From: the human T2T-CHM13v2.0 reference genome, Homo sapiens
Reading direction: 5' to 3' (one strand)
NCBI RefSeq assembly: GCF_009914755.1
Contig: NC_060941.1
DNA: 64,000 bases
Of the stretch, positions 13,259-26,945 are shown piece by piece; position 1 is the stretch's first letter, and the number at the start of each line of letters is the position of its first letter. Made by a program: the position numbers and the translations under genes. The notes beneath the pieces were generated by a model that saw nothing but the letters and a program-made list of their open reading frames with translations, had not been told where the DNA came from and did no database searches.

Positions 13259-15269
13259 AGTCTTTTTTAATCTTTTGCTTAGGAAAGAGAGTGACGGGGA
13301 AAGAAAGGTTTAATTCTGGACCTTACTACCCACACATACCAGATCTCCCCTCTTTGCATAACTTCTTTTTTGGCGGGCATGTTTCTTCATTTTTATCTTC
13401 TTGATAACTTTGATGCCCTGGTTGGACTCTTAAGCAGATTATCCTTGGGTGGGGACGTCAGCAGGGAGAACCACCCCAGACTAAGACAAGTTGTGTTTTG
13501 TCTGTCAGCCAAAAGCACTCTTAGCAATCCGACATAGACATCATTTTAGATGTACAGAGAAGAAAGAACAACACAGTATTGATAAGATTTCAGCAAGATC
13601 CCCCCTCCCCCAAAGACGAAAACACACAAAACTTAATGCATTGCTCTGTAATGCCTTGGTTCCTAGTTTCCTAATTAGGCCTGTGGTTTAGCAGAGTGCA
13701 CCATCTCAATACACAGATGGTTTTTATGTAAAAAAATTTTTTTCAAATGTTAATTTCCAGTGACTGATGTTTTATGCCTAAATCATTTTCCATTGTTTAT
13801 ATTTGATAAGAACTGTATTTGAACTGCTCCTTTGTAAGTTGGAGTCTTTTGTAATGGGATTTAACTTACTGGTTTTACAGGTGTATGAAAATGTTAAGCC
13901 GTGTATTGTATTTGAGAGTTTGAAAATTCTTCGTTGCAGCTAATTTAAGAAAAAAAAAATTAAACAGGTGATTAGCAGCTGCTTTCGGTTTTGAATGTCC
14001 TCGCTTTGGGGTTTTGTGTTTGCTTATTCGTGTGCAAATTGGTGTGGTTATTTTGGACCGGTTGAGACGCTCCAACATTGCACCTCCCAGGCCAGCTGCC
14101 CAGGGCCCATTCAGTAGACCCTTCCCCGCTTCTCGGGGCTGATTTGTTCTCATCTTGTGTGCTCGAGAGCTTGCTCTCTCCTTAATGATTCAGGCCTTCC
14201 TGAGAAAACAAAGCAGCTCTGGCCCCGTTTCTCCTTGAGGACAGCCTTGTTCACTGCCACAAAGACCCTGCTTTCTCCCCAAGCAGAGGAACTGCCTCTC
14301 GGGGCAGCCAAGAACCACAGACCCAGGCGGCTGCAGCTCCTACTTCTGAACTTCTGGTCTCCCGAGTGACAGCTTCTGCATGGTCTTAAGCTCCAGGACC
14401 CCCAAGGCCACCCAGAGTCAGAGTCCACCGCCGGTGGGAAAAACAACATTAGGAAGTGGGTGGTGTGGTGTAGAAGGGGCTGCTTAGAGCTTCTGGCCTT
14501 CGGAGCTGGATCCAGCCACTTGAGCTTCATTCGGCAGCACACAGACACCTCCCCTCCCTCCTGCTCTGCCCCAGACCTTGTGCTTTCTTGGCACCGCTGG
14601 GTCGTGCCTGCTCAGACCTGGTCAGTGTGCTTGCCAGGGCGAGGAGAGCTTTGCATAGGCCGCTGCTGCTTACTTATTAACGATGACGCTGGTGGGAGCT
14701 GCGCCACCAGCTCCCTATCCAGGCCTTTGTGGTTGCATCCTGTTCACATAAAGGTGAAATCATGACCTGCCCGACTTGATTTTTCAGTTGAGGGGCTTTT
14801 GTGTATGTGTCGTTCTTGATCCAGTAAGAGGATTGTGCTTTCATTCACAAAGATTTGATCAGTAAATAGGAAGAGAAAATACTCAAGGGAGAAATGCTTA
14901 GTGTTCCGATTAATACATTAATCTTTTTTTTTGATGAGCTGAAGGTGCTCTGTTGTTTCTCTTGACTGAGTCTTTGCCCTTACCTTTGACCTTAGTGACT
15001 TGATCATCCAGCCAGGATCTCTGTACAGCCCCATCTCCTTTCTGAGGTCTTGTGGTCACACACATGCTTTCCTGCTTCTGTCTTGAATGATACTCAGTGA
15101 ACCCCACAGCTTTGGGGGCTGCTATTTGAGGCACCACACTTGGCAGGCTTGGCTCCCACGGGGAGTTGCAAAGCTTGCAGTTATAGACCTTGGCAACTAT
15201 TTGCCCTTAAAGAAAAGCATCAGTGAAAAGTTGAGGGCAGAGGGAAGAAGAGAAAGATCTTCGTGGGTT

Positions 15270-15273
<4 letters not shown>

Positions 15274-15316
<43 letters not shown>
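15274..15316. repeat. (TG)n microsatellite
   Basis: Seen directly, ~21 units. Confidence 0.97.
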
Positions 15317-15318
<2 letters not shown>

Positions 15319-15983
15319 ATGGACAGCATTTGTACCTGTAAAACCAGAATGACTCCTTCAGGCATTTTTTCTCCTGGGTGGTTGCATTCATGGGCTGAAG
15401 CTGGCTCTTCTGAAGATTGCAATGATATTTAAGGTTAAGGGCTTGCCAGGTAACACCTTGAATGACTCAAGGCTCTGAGGCCAGGCTGCGTCCATTTGAA
15501 GGAAGGAAGCATCTTTTTCTGATTCATGCAAAGGCATCTTATGGACTAATGGTCATCCTAGAAAGTCATCACTAGTACAAGGATCTTTTGGAAAAGTGAG
15601 ATTGGAGAAGGTTGAGTATGAAAGTGATGTATTAGAAAGGTGAATATGGGATGTGAGATCCTAGTCATTAGCGTTTGGAGGGGGCCTTGGAGGTTTGTTA
15701 GATCAAAGCTTTCATTGTGCAAATGAAATGGCCCAGTGAGGTTAAAAGAGGGAAGGTCACACAAATTCCATGAAAACCATAAGTACAAGGTTTGAGGAAA
15801 ATAATTTTAGGACAAATAAAAGAAGTGCTGATTTTCATTGCACTTCTAACAGTTTTATAGAAGTGTCTGTACCTAAAGTGTTGTACATGTTAAAATGTAA
15901 ATATGGTCAAGAAGATTGTAGGTGAAATCGAAGATGATATGTTGCTAGGGCCCAGCCCTAGCAACGTATCATCTTTTGAGGAG

Positions 15984-16055
15984 TGTTCCTCATACTTTGA
16001 GATTGGTTTTATAGAGGGCTGTTCCTTATACTTTGCGATTGGTTTTATAGAGGGC
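15984..16055. repeat. 36-bp tandem duplication (2 copies, 2 mismatches)
   Basis: tgttcct(c/t)atactttg(a/c)gattggttttatagagggc twice. Confidence 0.92.
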
Positions 16056-16449
16056 AACTCTGTTCACCCACAAAAGTCTCTTGATGCCATTGTTGGCCAG
16101 AACTTGGGTGGGAGAATGGGAACTGTTCAGCAGAGCAGGTGAACAGGTGGTCCTGCCATCCCAGTGGCAGGGGCCCCTTCCTTTCTCCCGCCACTCCCGG
16201 AGGAATGACCCTGCATCTTATGCACTCTCTCCGATTCCCCAAATCCCCTAGGTCCCACTGCTTGGGTTTGGGGAGTGGGGCACATCTCTGCTGAGAGCCA
16301 GCCCATCAAGCTGTCTGGGTCTCATGGTGGCATATCTTTGTTCCAACTCAATATGGGCATTTTAATCTTTATTTATTTTTAAAATTTAATTTTATTGAAT
16401 TCAGCTTTAATATTATTGAATTCAGCTACAAGGGAGATAGAATAGGGTG

Positions 16450-16640
16450 ATTGATAGTTAAGAGCATGGGTCTTAAAGTCAGAAAGACAAAGGCTCCAAG
16501 TCCAGTTACCAACTTCTGTAATTCTGTAATTCTGGGGGGCGGACTTACCTGTCTGAGTCTTAGTTTCTTCAACTATAAAATGGATGTCCCAGTACTGCCT
16601 CCCTGCCAAGGTTGTCTGAGTGAGTCCTCAATAAAAGCTG
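16450..16640 (+). mobile_element. MIR
   Basis: tagttaagagcatggg...agtttcttcaactataaaatgg. Confidence 0.7.
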
Positions 16641-18074
16641 GTAGTGAGATTAATAGCACTTGATGGCAAAGTTTGTACCCAGTCATGGGTAGGGGAATTG
16701 CATCTGCCATCCAGTGGCTGAGGTCAAGTGATGACACCCCAAACTATAGGATCCTGGCAGCTACAGCAGGCATTGCTGCTTCCCTTTCGGAAATCCCAAT
16801 TGTTGAGGCCCTGGCTGAAGCCCTGTCGAGCCCTTGGTGACCCCACTACCATTTCCTTTATGGTTGGCTTACTCTGCTTTCTTTTGCAATGAATATAGTT
16901 TAAAATTTCTTTATGAGTGTTCTCCTATTTGCTGCCTTAGCCTGTCACCCACTATGCTGAGCTCCCCACCCCTCGTGATGCCACTCAGCACCTTTATTTG
17001 TGATGTGGGGTATTCTGGGAAACTCTTCACAGGCAACTCAGGGAGCCTGGCCCTCCATCTTATCTCTTAGGAAATCCTCAGGTGTCCCAGGGTTTGGCAC
17101 CAGAGAAGTGCTGTAGACCCTGTTTTCCAGAAAGCTCCGTGCCTTCACGTGTGGTGAGGGAGTGGCTGCCCAGAGCAGGCGAGGAGGCACTGGGGGTTGC
17201 ACCCATGTTTTATTATGATGGGGGCTTCAGAAGCCAGATGTCTGCAGCTACTTGGAGCAAGCCTGGGTCTTCCTTAGACTGCAGTTTTAGGACTTAAGGA
17301 AGGAGCTGGGCTGCTGCCACATGCTCGTGCTTGTGTGTTTAATTTGTTTATTGGTGGATTTTCTACCCTGCCTCACATCAGAAAGGGCTTGAGGCCCAGG
17401 GGTATAATAGGTGAAACTTTTTCTCTTGAACAGTTTTGCCTTTTCCTAACTTCTCCGAGCCTCTGATCTCTAGGAGAGGCTAGTCAGCCCTTGGTTTAGG
17501 GGCTCTCCCTTGCTGAGTAGGGTTTTGGCTTTGTTGGGGCTGTCCAAGGGCTCCAGGTTCCACTTTTAGCTGCACAGCTGACTTGTCTCTTGTCCCCAGA
17601 TGCTCTCCTGGCCCGTGAGGGCCATAGCATCTCAACTCATTTAATCTGGTAGCACTGAGGTGGGCAGTGTTTCTGAGTGTTTTGTGTGAACCCATGAAGA
17701 GAAAATGTTAGAACTAGGCTTTATGCCCATGGAGTGATTCTTCTACAGTTTCTTAGTTCTATTAAATTTTAAAAATATCTTATTGCTTCCACAGAAGAGA
17801 AATTTTTAGAATATGGGAAGAGCGAATATAACATTTTGTTCAATATTAAAAGTTAATTTAAGACAGAACCAGAGGCCAAGACAAGTGTCTTCTCTTTTCT
17901 TCATTTGGTGATATAATTGACCCTTTGTACCTGCGTACAACTTAATATTCATTCAGCAGAGGCTAATTATGGGATGCGTAGATGCCACATGGTTAAGGTG
18001 AAGATGCAGATTTCTGTGTGAGCTGCTTAATTCTGACGGTTATAACTTGTCCATAAAATTTGCTATGGATTGTA

Positions 18075-18188
18075 ACAAGTGGAATATTAACTCGGAATAT
18101 GGGGAGGTCAGGAGTATCTCCCATCTGCTTCCTTTCTGAAGGGATCCTAGCTGAACTGAGTGGGGGGTATGTTGTGCACAGTTAATAT
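18075..18188. repeat. Copy 1 of the ~115-bp dispersed duplicated element
   Basis: About 87% identical to 24408-24522. Confidence 0.9.
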
Positions 18189-18189
18189 G

Positions 18190-18924
18190 TTGTTGACACT
18201 TGAACAACTCAAGGGTTACGGCCCCCCTGCACAGTTGAAAATCTGCGTATAACTTTTGAGTACCCCAAAATGTAACTACTTAGCCTATCATCAACTAGAG
18301 CCTACTGATAACATCAACAGTTGATTACACATGCTTTATATATGTATTATATACTGCATTTTTACAATAAAGTAAGCTAGACAAAAGAAAATGTTAAGAA
18401 AATCATGGCTGAGTGCAGTAGCTCATGCTTGTAAACCCAGTACTTTGGAAGGCCAAGGCGGGCAGATGGACTGAGCTCAGAAGTTCGAGACAGCCTGGAT
18501 AACATGGTGAAACCCTGTCTTTACAAAAAATAAAAAAAAAAAAATTAGCCTGGGCATGGTGGCTCATGCCTGTAGTCCCAGCTACTCAGGATACTGAGGT
18601 GGGAGGATGACTTGAACCCAGGATGCAGAGGTTACATTGAGGCAAGATCATGCCACTGCACTCAAGCCTGGGTGACAGAGCAAGACCTTGTCTCAAAAAA
18701 AAAAAAAAAAAGGAAAATCATAAGGAAGAGAAAATATATTTACTATTCTTTAAGTGGAAGTGGATCATCATAAAGGACTTCAGACTTGTTATCTTCACAT
18801 TGAGTGGGCTGATGAGAAGGAAGAAGAGGGATGGTTTTGCTGTCTCAGGGGTGCAGAGGTGGAAGAAAATCCACATATAAGTGGACCCACATGGTTTACA
18901 CTTGTGTTGTTCAAGGTTTGACTG
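18190..18924. mobile_element. Tigger2a (MER28) DNA transposon interrupted by an Alu
   Basis: gttgacacttgaacaac ... gttgttcaaggtttgactg|ta terminal repeats; characteristic body aagtggaagtggatcatcataaagg. Confidence 0.88.
18407..18711 (+). mobile_element. AluJ inside Tigger2a
   Basis: Alu dimer; TSD gaaaatcat. Confidence 0.93.
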
Positions 18925-19975
18925 TACGTTCTGAGCCCAAAATTGGAACACATGCCCTAAGGCCCTGTCCTGGATCATTTTATATATGTGTATGGTCAGG
19001 CTTACAAAGATAGAAAAATGGAATTCCATTTTCTTACATATTTCTACAAATTATTTTGGTCAAAATCTAGAAAATACATAAAACTGAGGTCTCCTGGAAA
19101 AGCCAGAATTTATCTCTGGGATTGGGATAATTGGCTATTAGGAAAGGGGTCTACCTTGTTGGCCTGTGGTCTTGACTTTTCCTTCTGGAACTGAGAATAT
19201 GTGAATGGCTCGTGGAACTGCACGGAACCCAGTGGTGGGCAGTATCTTTGTAAACAAAATGAGGTTGGCTTTCAATGGCCAGGGAATGAATGTGGAACCA
19301 AATTGCAGTTTGTAGAAACAGAGCTGGGCTCAGACATTTAAATTAAACGTATATTTCTATTTGCACTTCCATTTTGTTCGGTAATAGTGTTGGATATGGG
19401 AAATCTTGTCTTTGTTTATATTTGAGGGAACTGCAGCCTTCATTTCCTAAACGGAAGATCCTGTGGCATTCCTGCAATGGAAGCTCACCAGATGATCAGA
19501 AAAGGGAGAGATGGCGAAGTAACTTGTCTCTGGTTACCCTCCCATTGTGGAAATTAATATCTGACCCAATTCTGTTTGCCCAGTGAGTTTATGGCTTGCT
19601 AAGTGGCTGTTGTAATGATCCGTCAACTGTTGCAACAGCATTTTCTAACAATTTTATTTTACAGTTCTGAAGTTTTAGTCCATAAATTTTTTGAACTTAA
19701 GGCTTTGAGTTGGAGGAGCCATGTGGTTCTAGGGGGGAAAAAAGTGCCAGATTTATTCTTTATGTCTGTGAGCTGTGCCTTCCCCCGATTCTTTTCCCTC
19801 TTTACATGCCACCCCTCTGATATTTTCTACTTGAAAAAAAAATTCATACTAAAGTGCTTGTCTTTGTATAATGCTACTCATAGAATATTTGTATGAAAAA
19901 AGAGTCAGGAGATGCGATGTTCAACCCAAGTGCATGAATTATGATTATAAAGTTTCCATTTAAAAATGAAGGCTG

Positions 19976-20543
19976 TTGGAACCCTTACGTGTTGCTGATG
20001 GAAATATAAAATGGTGTAGCCACTGTACAAAGCACTGTGGTAGTTTCTCAAAAAATTAAACATAGATTTATTGTGTGGTCAGCAGTTCTACTTCTGGTTA
20101 TATACATGAGAGATTTGGAGGCAGGGACTTGAACAGACATGTGTATACCCACATACATTGCAGCATTATTCACAATAGCCAAAAGGTGGAAACAACCCAA
20201 ATGTCCATTGATACACGAATGGATAAACAAAATGTGATAGACATATGATTAAATAGTATTCAGCCTTGAAAAGGAAGGCAATTCCGATAGATGCTACAAT
20301 GTGGATGGACCTTGAAGACGTGCTAAGTGAAATCAGCCTGTTACAAAAGGAGATTATGGCTCCTCCTATATGAGGTTCCTAGAGCAGTCAAATCCATAGA
20401 GCTCCCCACCCCTTATGACATCACTCAGCAACTTTATTTATTAGGTCACAAGGGGGTGGGGAGCTCTGTGACAAAAAGAGCTCTGTGACAGAAAGAGTGG
20501 CGATTTTATGTTATGGATATTTTACCACTGTAAAAACATAATA
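19976..20543 (+). mobile_element. 5'-truncated L1M (L1MA/MB-like) 3' end
   Basis: gcagcattattcacaatagccaaaaggtggaaacaacccaaatgtcc; TSD aaatgaaggctg at 19964-19975 and 20900-20911. Confidence 0.88.
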
Positions 20544-21030
<487 letters not shown>

Positions 21031-22419
21031 CTAACGTGGTCCTTAGGTCCCAGGCCACTTCCCAGGTAAGGGGCTCCATCCCCGTGCTGACCTGCATTTT
21101 CCTTCTAGGTGGGGATTTCAGGTCTAGAAGCAGCTCCCACCTGAAACCTATGTTCTTGGTTGCTTTATGTGATAATTATTGTGTTCTATTTTAAGCCACT
21201 CCTCTGAGTTTGGTAACCGTCTGGGATTCTGTTTTGTTAGCCCTCTCTGTGAGACACAATAAAAGAACAGCAAGACCTCATGTAGGTGGTGAGGGGCCAG
21301 AAGGCTCGGCTGGCTGGGTTTGGAGACACAGTCCCTCCTGTGCAGCAGGAGTTTTCATTCCCTATAGGTGAAGGCTGAGAAAAGACAAGGCTTTGAATAA
21401 AATAAAATACATATTTTTCTCCCTGCTCTGGAAATGCGCTTGGCTCCAACACAGCAGGTGGCCGAGGAACTCAATCTGTGGAAGGCATCAGTGCTTTCAG
21501 TGCAATCAAAGTTAAGTGCAGAAATTTAATTAAACGGCATCAAGGATGGCAGAAACTTTGTAAAGCTGCAATGCATTGTCAAATTCAACAATTATTTCAA
21601 GGAACACAATCCACAGATGGTGTCTAATTGATAAATTAAGGTTCTGCTTCTCTAATGGGCTTGTGTTTAAGCCCGTTTTCCACCCATACAATAACCATCA
21701 CCTCCAGGATGCCCCCTTTCCCCTCTCCAGCTTGGACATCGCTGCAAGAAGAAAGCAACCCAGCTCCCCCAGATGACATTCGGGAAGCCTAGGGTTGGGT
21801 CCTGAATGTTTAGTGGGAAAGACCTCCAGCTCCTTTTCCTGTGATCCCAAGCTCCCTTTTGGGATTGAGTCTTGTCCTAAAAACAGAAACAATAGGATTT
21901 CTTCGGGCCTGTGTGTCCTTTTCTGCTCTGCTAACCCGGATGTGTTGCTCAGAGATGGCTGGGTTATTTATTTATTCATTTTTTTTTTCTTTTTCCTTTT
22001 TAGCATTGCTGACTTTCTTCCTCCATGGCACAGGATTTTTGCCCAAAACAAAAGTCTCAATTTATTTATTCTTTAAAAAAATAAAAACCACACTGAACAA
22101 AAACCTCTGTTTTTCAGAACTTGCTTCCTGTCTGTTAATAGTAGATACCCAGCTAACTTACTTTTATTTCGTAAGAAAATATTTGCGATCTCCAAACATC
22201 CAGTCATGTGCAGAGAAATGTATCCTGTGTTGAGATTTCATTTGAAAGGAAACCTGAAGATCTTGGGTGTTTACCAGAACTTCATTTTGCAGATGAGAAA
22301 ACTGAGGCACAATGGTTTTTTATATACCTTGCTTTGGGACTAGTTCTGTGAAACATGATGTTTCTAAAGCTGGAGGAGAGGCAGTTGAGCACATCTGGGC
22401 TACCTACTTTAAATGGTTA

Positions 22420-22800
22420 TTTCATCCATTCGTTTGTTCTACCAACAAATATGCATTAGGTACCTTAGCTTTTCTAAATGCTAAGGGGAAGTTCAGTGGT
22501 GAAGGAAGACACTATTCCTGCCTGCGTGGAGCTCACAGGAAAGTGTGGGGAACAGATACTGCACGGATCCTATGAGTAGCTGTATCAGTACAAGTTGGGA
22601 TGGGTGTTCTGCAGGCAGGGTAGAGGGTGACCTGGGAGTGTCTACTGGGAGACATTAGGAGGGTTTCTCTGAGAAATGACTTAGCATTAGGAGGGATGGG
22701 AGGAGCCTTCTTGGCAGAGGGGATAGTGAGCTCACGGCTCAGTGTACCAGAAGACCCAATAGAAGGCCATGTGGGGGAGGAGATAGTGTGAGAAAGGCTG
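22420..22800 (-). mobile_element. L2 fragment
   Basis: ttcatccattcgtttg...caacaaatatgcattaggtacc...ggagctcacag. Confidence 0.6.
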
Positions 22801-23004
22801 GCAATGAGCAAACAGAGAATGTTGTCCTGGGAGATGAGCTTCCACATATTGTGCACTTACTGGACAGTATACCTGGTGCTGTTCAGAACCTTATACAGCC
22901 CATCTTGTCTAACCCTTACTTTATTCCTAGATGTATCTCAGTATCTTCTACAGATTGTGGCACATAGTAGAGTCTCAGTAAATGAATCTTCCCAATGTTG
23001 ACTA

Positions 23005-23293
23005 TTTTTTTTGAGACAGAGTCTCGCTCTGTCACCCAGGCTGGATGCAGTGGGTGTGATATCGACTCACTGCAACTTCTGCCTCCCCCGGATCAAGGGA
23101 GCCTCCCACCTCAACCTCCCGAATAGCTGGGACCACCGTTGTGTACCATGCCAGGCTATTTTCTTGTATTCTTAGTAGAGACAGGGTCTTGCCGTGTTGC
23201 CCAGGCTAGTCTTGAGCTCCTGAGCTCAAGCAGCCCCACCCGTTTCGGCCTCCCAAAGTGCTGGGATTACAAGCATGAGCCACCATGCCCAGC
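23005..23293 (-). mobile_element. AluJ
   Basis: Antisense Alu; TSD gttg(a/g)ctatt. Confidence 0.93.
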
Positions 23294-24407
23294 GTTGGCT
23301 ATTATTATCCCAACTTTTCAGTTGGGGAAGTTGAGGTGGACTGAAGGTAAATCTGCTGGCCCCAGGTCCGAGACCACCGGTGGGGTGGGTTTCTGTGCTG
23401 GACAGCATCTGTCTCCCCCAGCCTGGGCCCTTCTCACGCCTCTTCCCTCCCGTGAAGGGATCACACGTTTGAATGACTTGGAGACTTGGAGACACATTCT
23501 GTAATTCATAACTCTGACCACATGCTGCTCTTAAATTTCCACCCCGTGAAGGAAAGAAGAAATGAGAGACAACCCCTAACTTTTTATTTTTACACATATA
23601 GTAGAGGTGGAGAGGGCCAAGTTTACAACAGAACCTTTGCAAAAGCAGCAGCCAGGGCTCAGGACCTCACTGGGTACCCTTGGCCTTGTCTTTGCTCCCT
23701 ACGGGTTGTCCTGGAACAGGAAAGCAAAGGGGAGGAGCGAAGAGGTGGGGACAGCCAAGGAACAGATCATATTTACTTATTTGTTTGTTTATTTCTAACG
23801 AGTAGCTGTGGGGAATGCCACTGCAGAACCCTTTCTAATTGCCTTTTATTTATTTATTTTTGCCATAGCGTGGGTGGCTTTTGAAATTGCACGTAATTTA
23901 CGGAGGCGAGGATCCTGTGCCTGGGATACCAGATGATGTGGCTGAATGGCTGTTGGCTGTTTATTTGCTAGTCTGTCGTTACCAACACAGTATTCTTGAG
24001 TTCAGAGGCACAACAGTGTTTGATCCCCCTCCTCTCTCCTATCTAAATATATCCAACTAGTCAATCAGACTTGGCAGCCGTCAGGGCTGTGGCTGTCAGA
24101 TTGAGTTTGCCTTGGCTCCTCTGAACTATTGGCTTGTTTTCCAAGCTCGAAAGTGTATTCAAATAGTGATATCTAAATTAGACTTGCAAACACACACCCA
24201 GGTAGGGGCCCTGAAGGGGAAGAATGAGGCAGCATTTTGGTATGAAAATGACATTTCCTTCTCCTCCACTATCTGTTGGAGAGCACAGACGAAGCTACAC
24301 TGAGGGGAATGGCTTCACGCTTGGTGAACAAGATGCGTGGGTGTGTTTTTCTGAATTGTGATTAAAATGTTTTTTTTTCCTTCAAATTTTAAGTTGTATC
24401 AGGAGAT

Positions 24408-24522
24408 ACAAGTGGAATATTAACTCAGTAGATGGGGGAGGTCTGGAGTGTCTCCCATCTGCTTCCCTTCTGAAGGGATCTCAGCTGAACTGAATGAGGT
24501 ATATGTTGTGAGCAGTTAATAT
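24408..24522. repeat. Copy 2 of the ~115-bp dispersed duplicated element
   Basis: About 87% identical to 18075-18188. Confidence 0.9.
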
Positions 24523-25120
24523 ACGGTTGGTCCTTGTGATGTTGTTGTCTTGGCTGAGGATTCAGGAAGACTCTTGGGCCTTGGAGAGGCCTTTGGTTCC
24601 ATGGCCTGCCCCATTGGGCCGGAACAGCCCCTTTCCTCAAAGCTGCCTCAGGCTTTTCCTGTAGCTTAGGAACAGCAGACCGAGCTCCTGGGCCCCTCCC
24701 TGGAGGCTTATTAAGGGGGATCAGTGGAAAGAAAATCAGAGCATCTTAAATCCCTACCTGCAAGGTACCCTTAATTCTCCAGGGAGAAACCTTTTATAAA
24801 TAAATGTCATGAGTGCTCATCCCCCGAGTTGAAGCTTATCTGCAGAGATGCTTCACTCCGGGAGAGAGGGTTGGAGTTGCCATTGTGAAGGCCTGTGTGT
24901 GTAGAGGTACCATGCTGCCACCAGGCCATCCCTCTTACAGCTGTGTGGCATCCTGGAGGCCTGGGTAGGAGACGGAGGGTGCCGCAAGTTCTCTTCCAGT
25001 GATGGGGAGCCACAGGTGGTTTTGTAGGGTTCCTGGGTCTTAGGTGGTTATCAAAAGCATTTCACAGACATATGTAAGATAAAGACCCTGTCCTCAAGCA
25101 GCTAAATGAATGAACTAGAA

Positions 25121-25780
25121 CAGTGGTACCCAAATTGTGGTTCGGGACCCCTGGGCATTCCTGATAACCTTTCAAAGAGTCTGTGACGAAGTTTCTTAAA
25201 TAATAATTTTAAGACTTTGTGTTTTTCATTCTCATCCTTTTATGAATATACAGTAGAATTTTTCATAGGCTACATGACCTCTGTTGACATCATAGTTCTG
25301 GTGGCTAATGGAATATGTGTATTTCTGTGTTTAAAAATGTCTCAATTTTGGCTGAGCGTGGTGGCTCATGCACTTTGGGAGGCTCCCAGCACTTTGGGAG
25401 GCTGAGGCGGGCGGATTGCTTGGGGTCAGGAGTTTGAGAGCAGCCTGGCCAAAATGGCAAAACACCGTCTCTACTAAAAATACAAAAATTAGCTGGTCAT
25501 GGTGGTGGGCGCCTGTAATCCCAGCTACTCGGGAGACTGAGGCAGGAGAACCCTTGAACCCAGGAGGCAGAGGTTGTAGTGAGCAGAGATCTCACCACTG
25601 TGCTCCCACCTGGGTGACGGAGTGAGACTGTGACTCCAAAAAAACAAAAACAAAAAAGTCTCAATTTTGATTTCTAATATGATAAATATTGAGAGATATA
25701 ACACACATAATTCTCTTTGGTGGTCCTCATGTTTTAAGAGGGAAAAGGTGTCATGACATCAAAGATTTTCAGAACCGCAG
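25121..25780. mobile_element. hAT-Charlie DNA element (MER119/Charlie2-like) interrupted by an Alu
   Basis: cagtggtacccaaa ... tttcagaaccgcag termini; 8-bp TSD aa(c/t)tagaa. Confidence 0.75.
25350..25657 (+). mobile_element. AluS inside the hAT element
   Basis: Alu dimer; TSD gtctcaatttt. Confidence 0.93.
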
Positions 25781-26749
25781 AATTAGAATATCGGCAGATA
25801 AGTGGCAAGTTGAAGTTATATGCTAGGTACTAAGGTAGGCAGAGCTCTAGGGGTAGATAACAGGTGCTTGTGAGTGAGCTGGAGAGGAGATTGTCAGGGA
25901 AGGCTTTCAAGACAAGTGGTTTTCTTACCTCGGTTTTGAAGGATGAATAGAAGTTTACCAGAGAGACAAGGAAGGAAAAAGCATTCTAGAAGGAAGGAAC
26001 GGCATGCCTGAAATATCAGTGTGTCAGCTTTTCCTCCCCAGTCTGTGGGGGTCAGAAATAGGGTCACCCTGGCCTCACCATGAGATTTTTTTCTACTGGG
26101 AATTTCCAAAATAGGCTGCATCTCAGAGTCATTTGGTGAGGTTTATGGAAATACTGGTGAAGCTAGTTCCCAGGTGTGCTTTGCTCTACTGATGGTTGGT
26201 AGCATTGTTTACCTCTGGTGGTGGGAATGACAGGGTGCTGTTTGTACCATTTTCGGTTCTTTTGTTGAGAGTGACGTCACAGTTGTCCTGCAGCAAGCCA
26301 GGGTTATGCCACCCTGTCAGCTATGCCAGAATGGCAGCAGGTGTCACTGGACACATACCATTCCTTCTTTACACCATCTATCAACCTACAGTGGGGAAAG
26401 GGGCAAGAATACAGCATAATGAGAGGGGCAGCCAGTTGTAGCTCGGGGACCTTGGATTCTAAGCAGCATGACCTTGGGAAGGGTCTTGAGTCTTTGAGCC
26501 TGTTTGTCCTCTTAGGAATAAAGCAGGTTGGACAGACCTTACTTAATAGGCATGCTTAAATCTGCCAGGGAAAGGGACCCTCCTGTTGATGAATAATTCA
26601 TTCTGGTTTTGTTCCTAGAAAGTATTCCATGGGGCACACACTTTCTCAGCTGCTCTTGGTTTTGCAAAGGAAGATACTGACATGTTCAGATTAAGAAATC
26701 GTAAAGCTTCTGAACTACTAAGGAAGGGAAAAGAGGGGCCCAGGGCCCA

Positions 26750-26945
26750 CATGTGTGCCAGGTGCTGATCTGAGGGTTTTTTGTGACTCATCTCATTTAA
26801 TGGTCACGCTGTTCCTGTGAGTAAAAGCTGTCATCCCATTTTATAGATGAAGAAACAGAGGCACAGAGAGGTTACCTTAATTTGCCCAAGGTCACACAGA
26901 ATCCTGGTGTTCAGGCCTCATGCCTTCTGTTCTTAACTCCATATC
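26750..26945 (-). mobile_element. MIR
   Basis: cccattttatagatgaagaaacagaggcacagagaggtta...gcccaaggtcacacag. Confidence 0.85.

Noticed and set aside
21449-21465. CTCF-like ACAGCAGGTGGCCG
   Set aside because: Partial match only; not supportable without ChIP data.
24408-24522. The duplicated element as a snoRNA or tRNA
   Set aside because: No C box (RTGATGA), no properly placed H and ACA boxes, and no tRNA A/B boxes on either strand.
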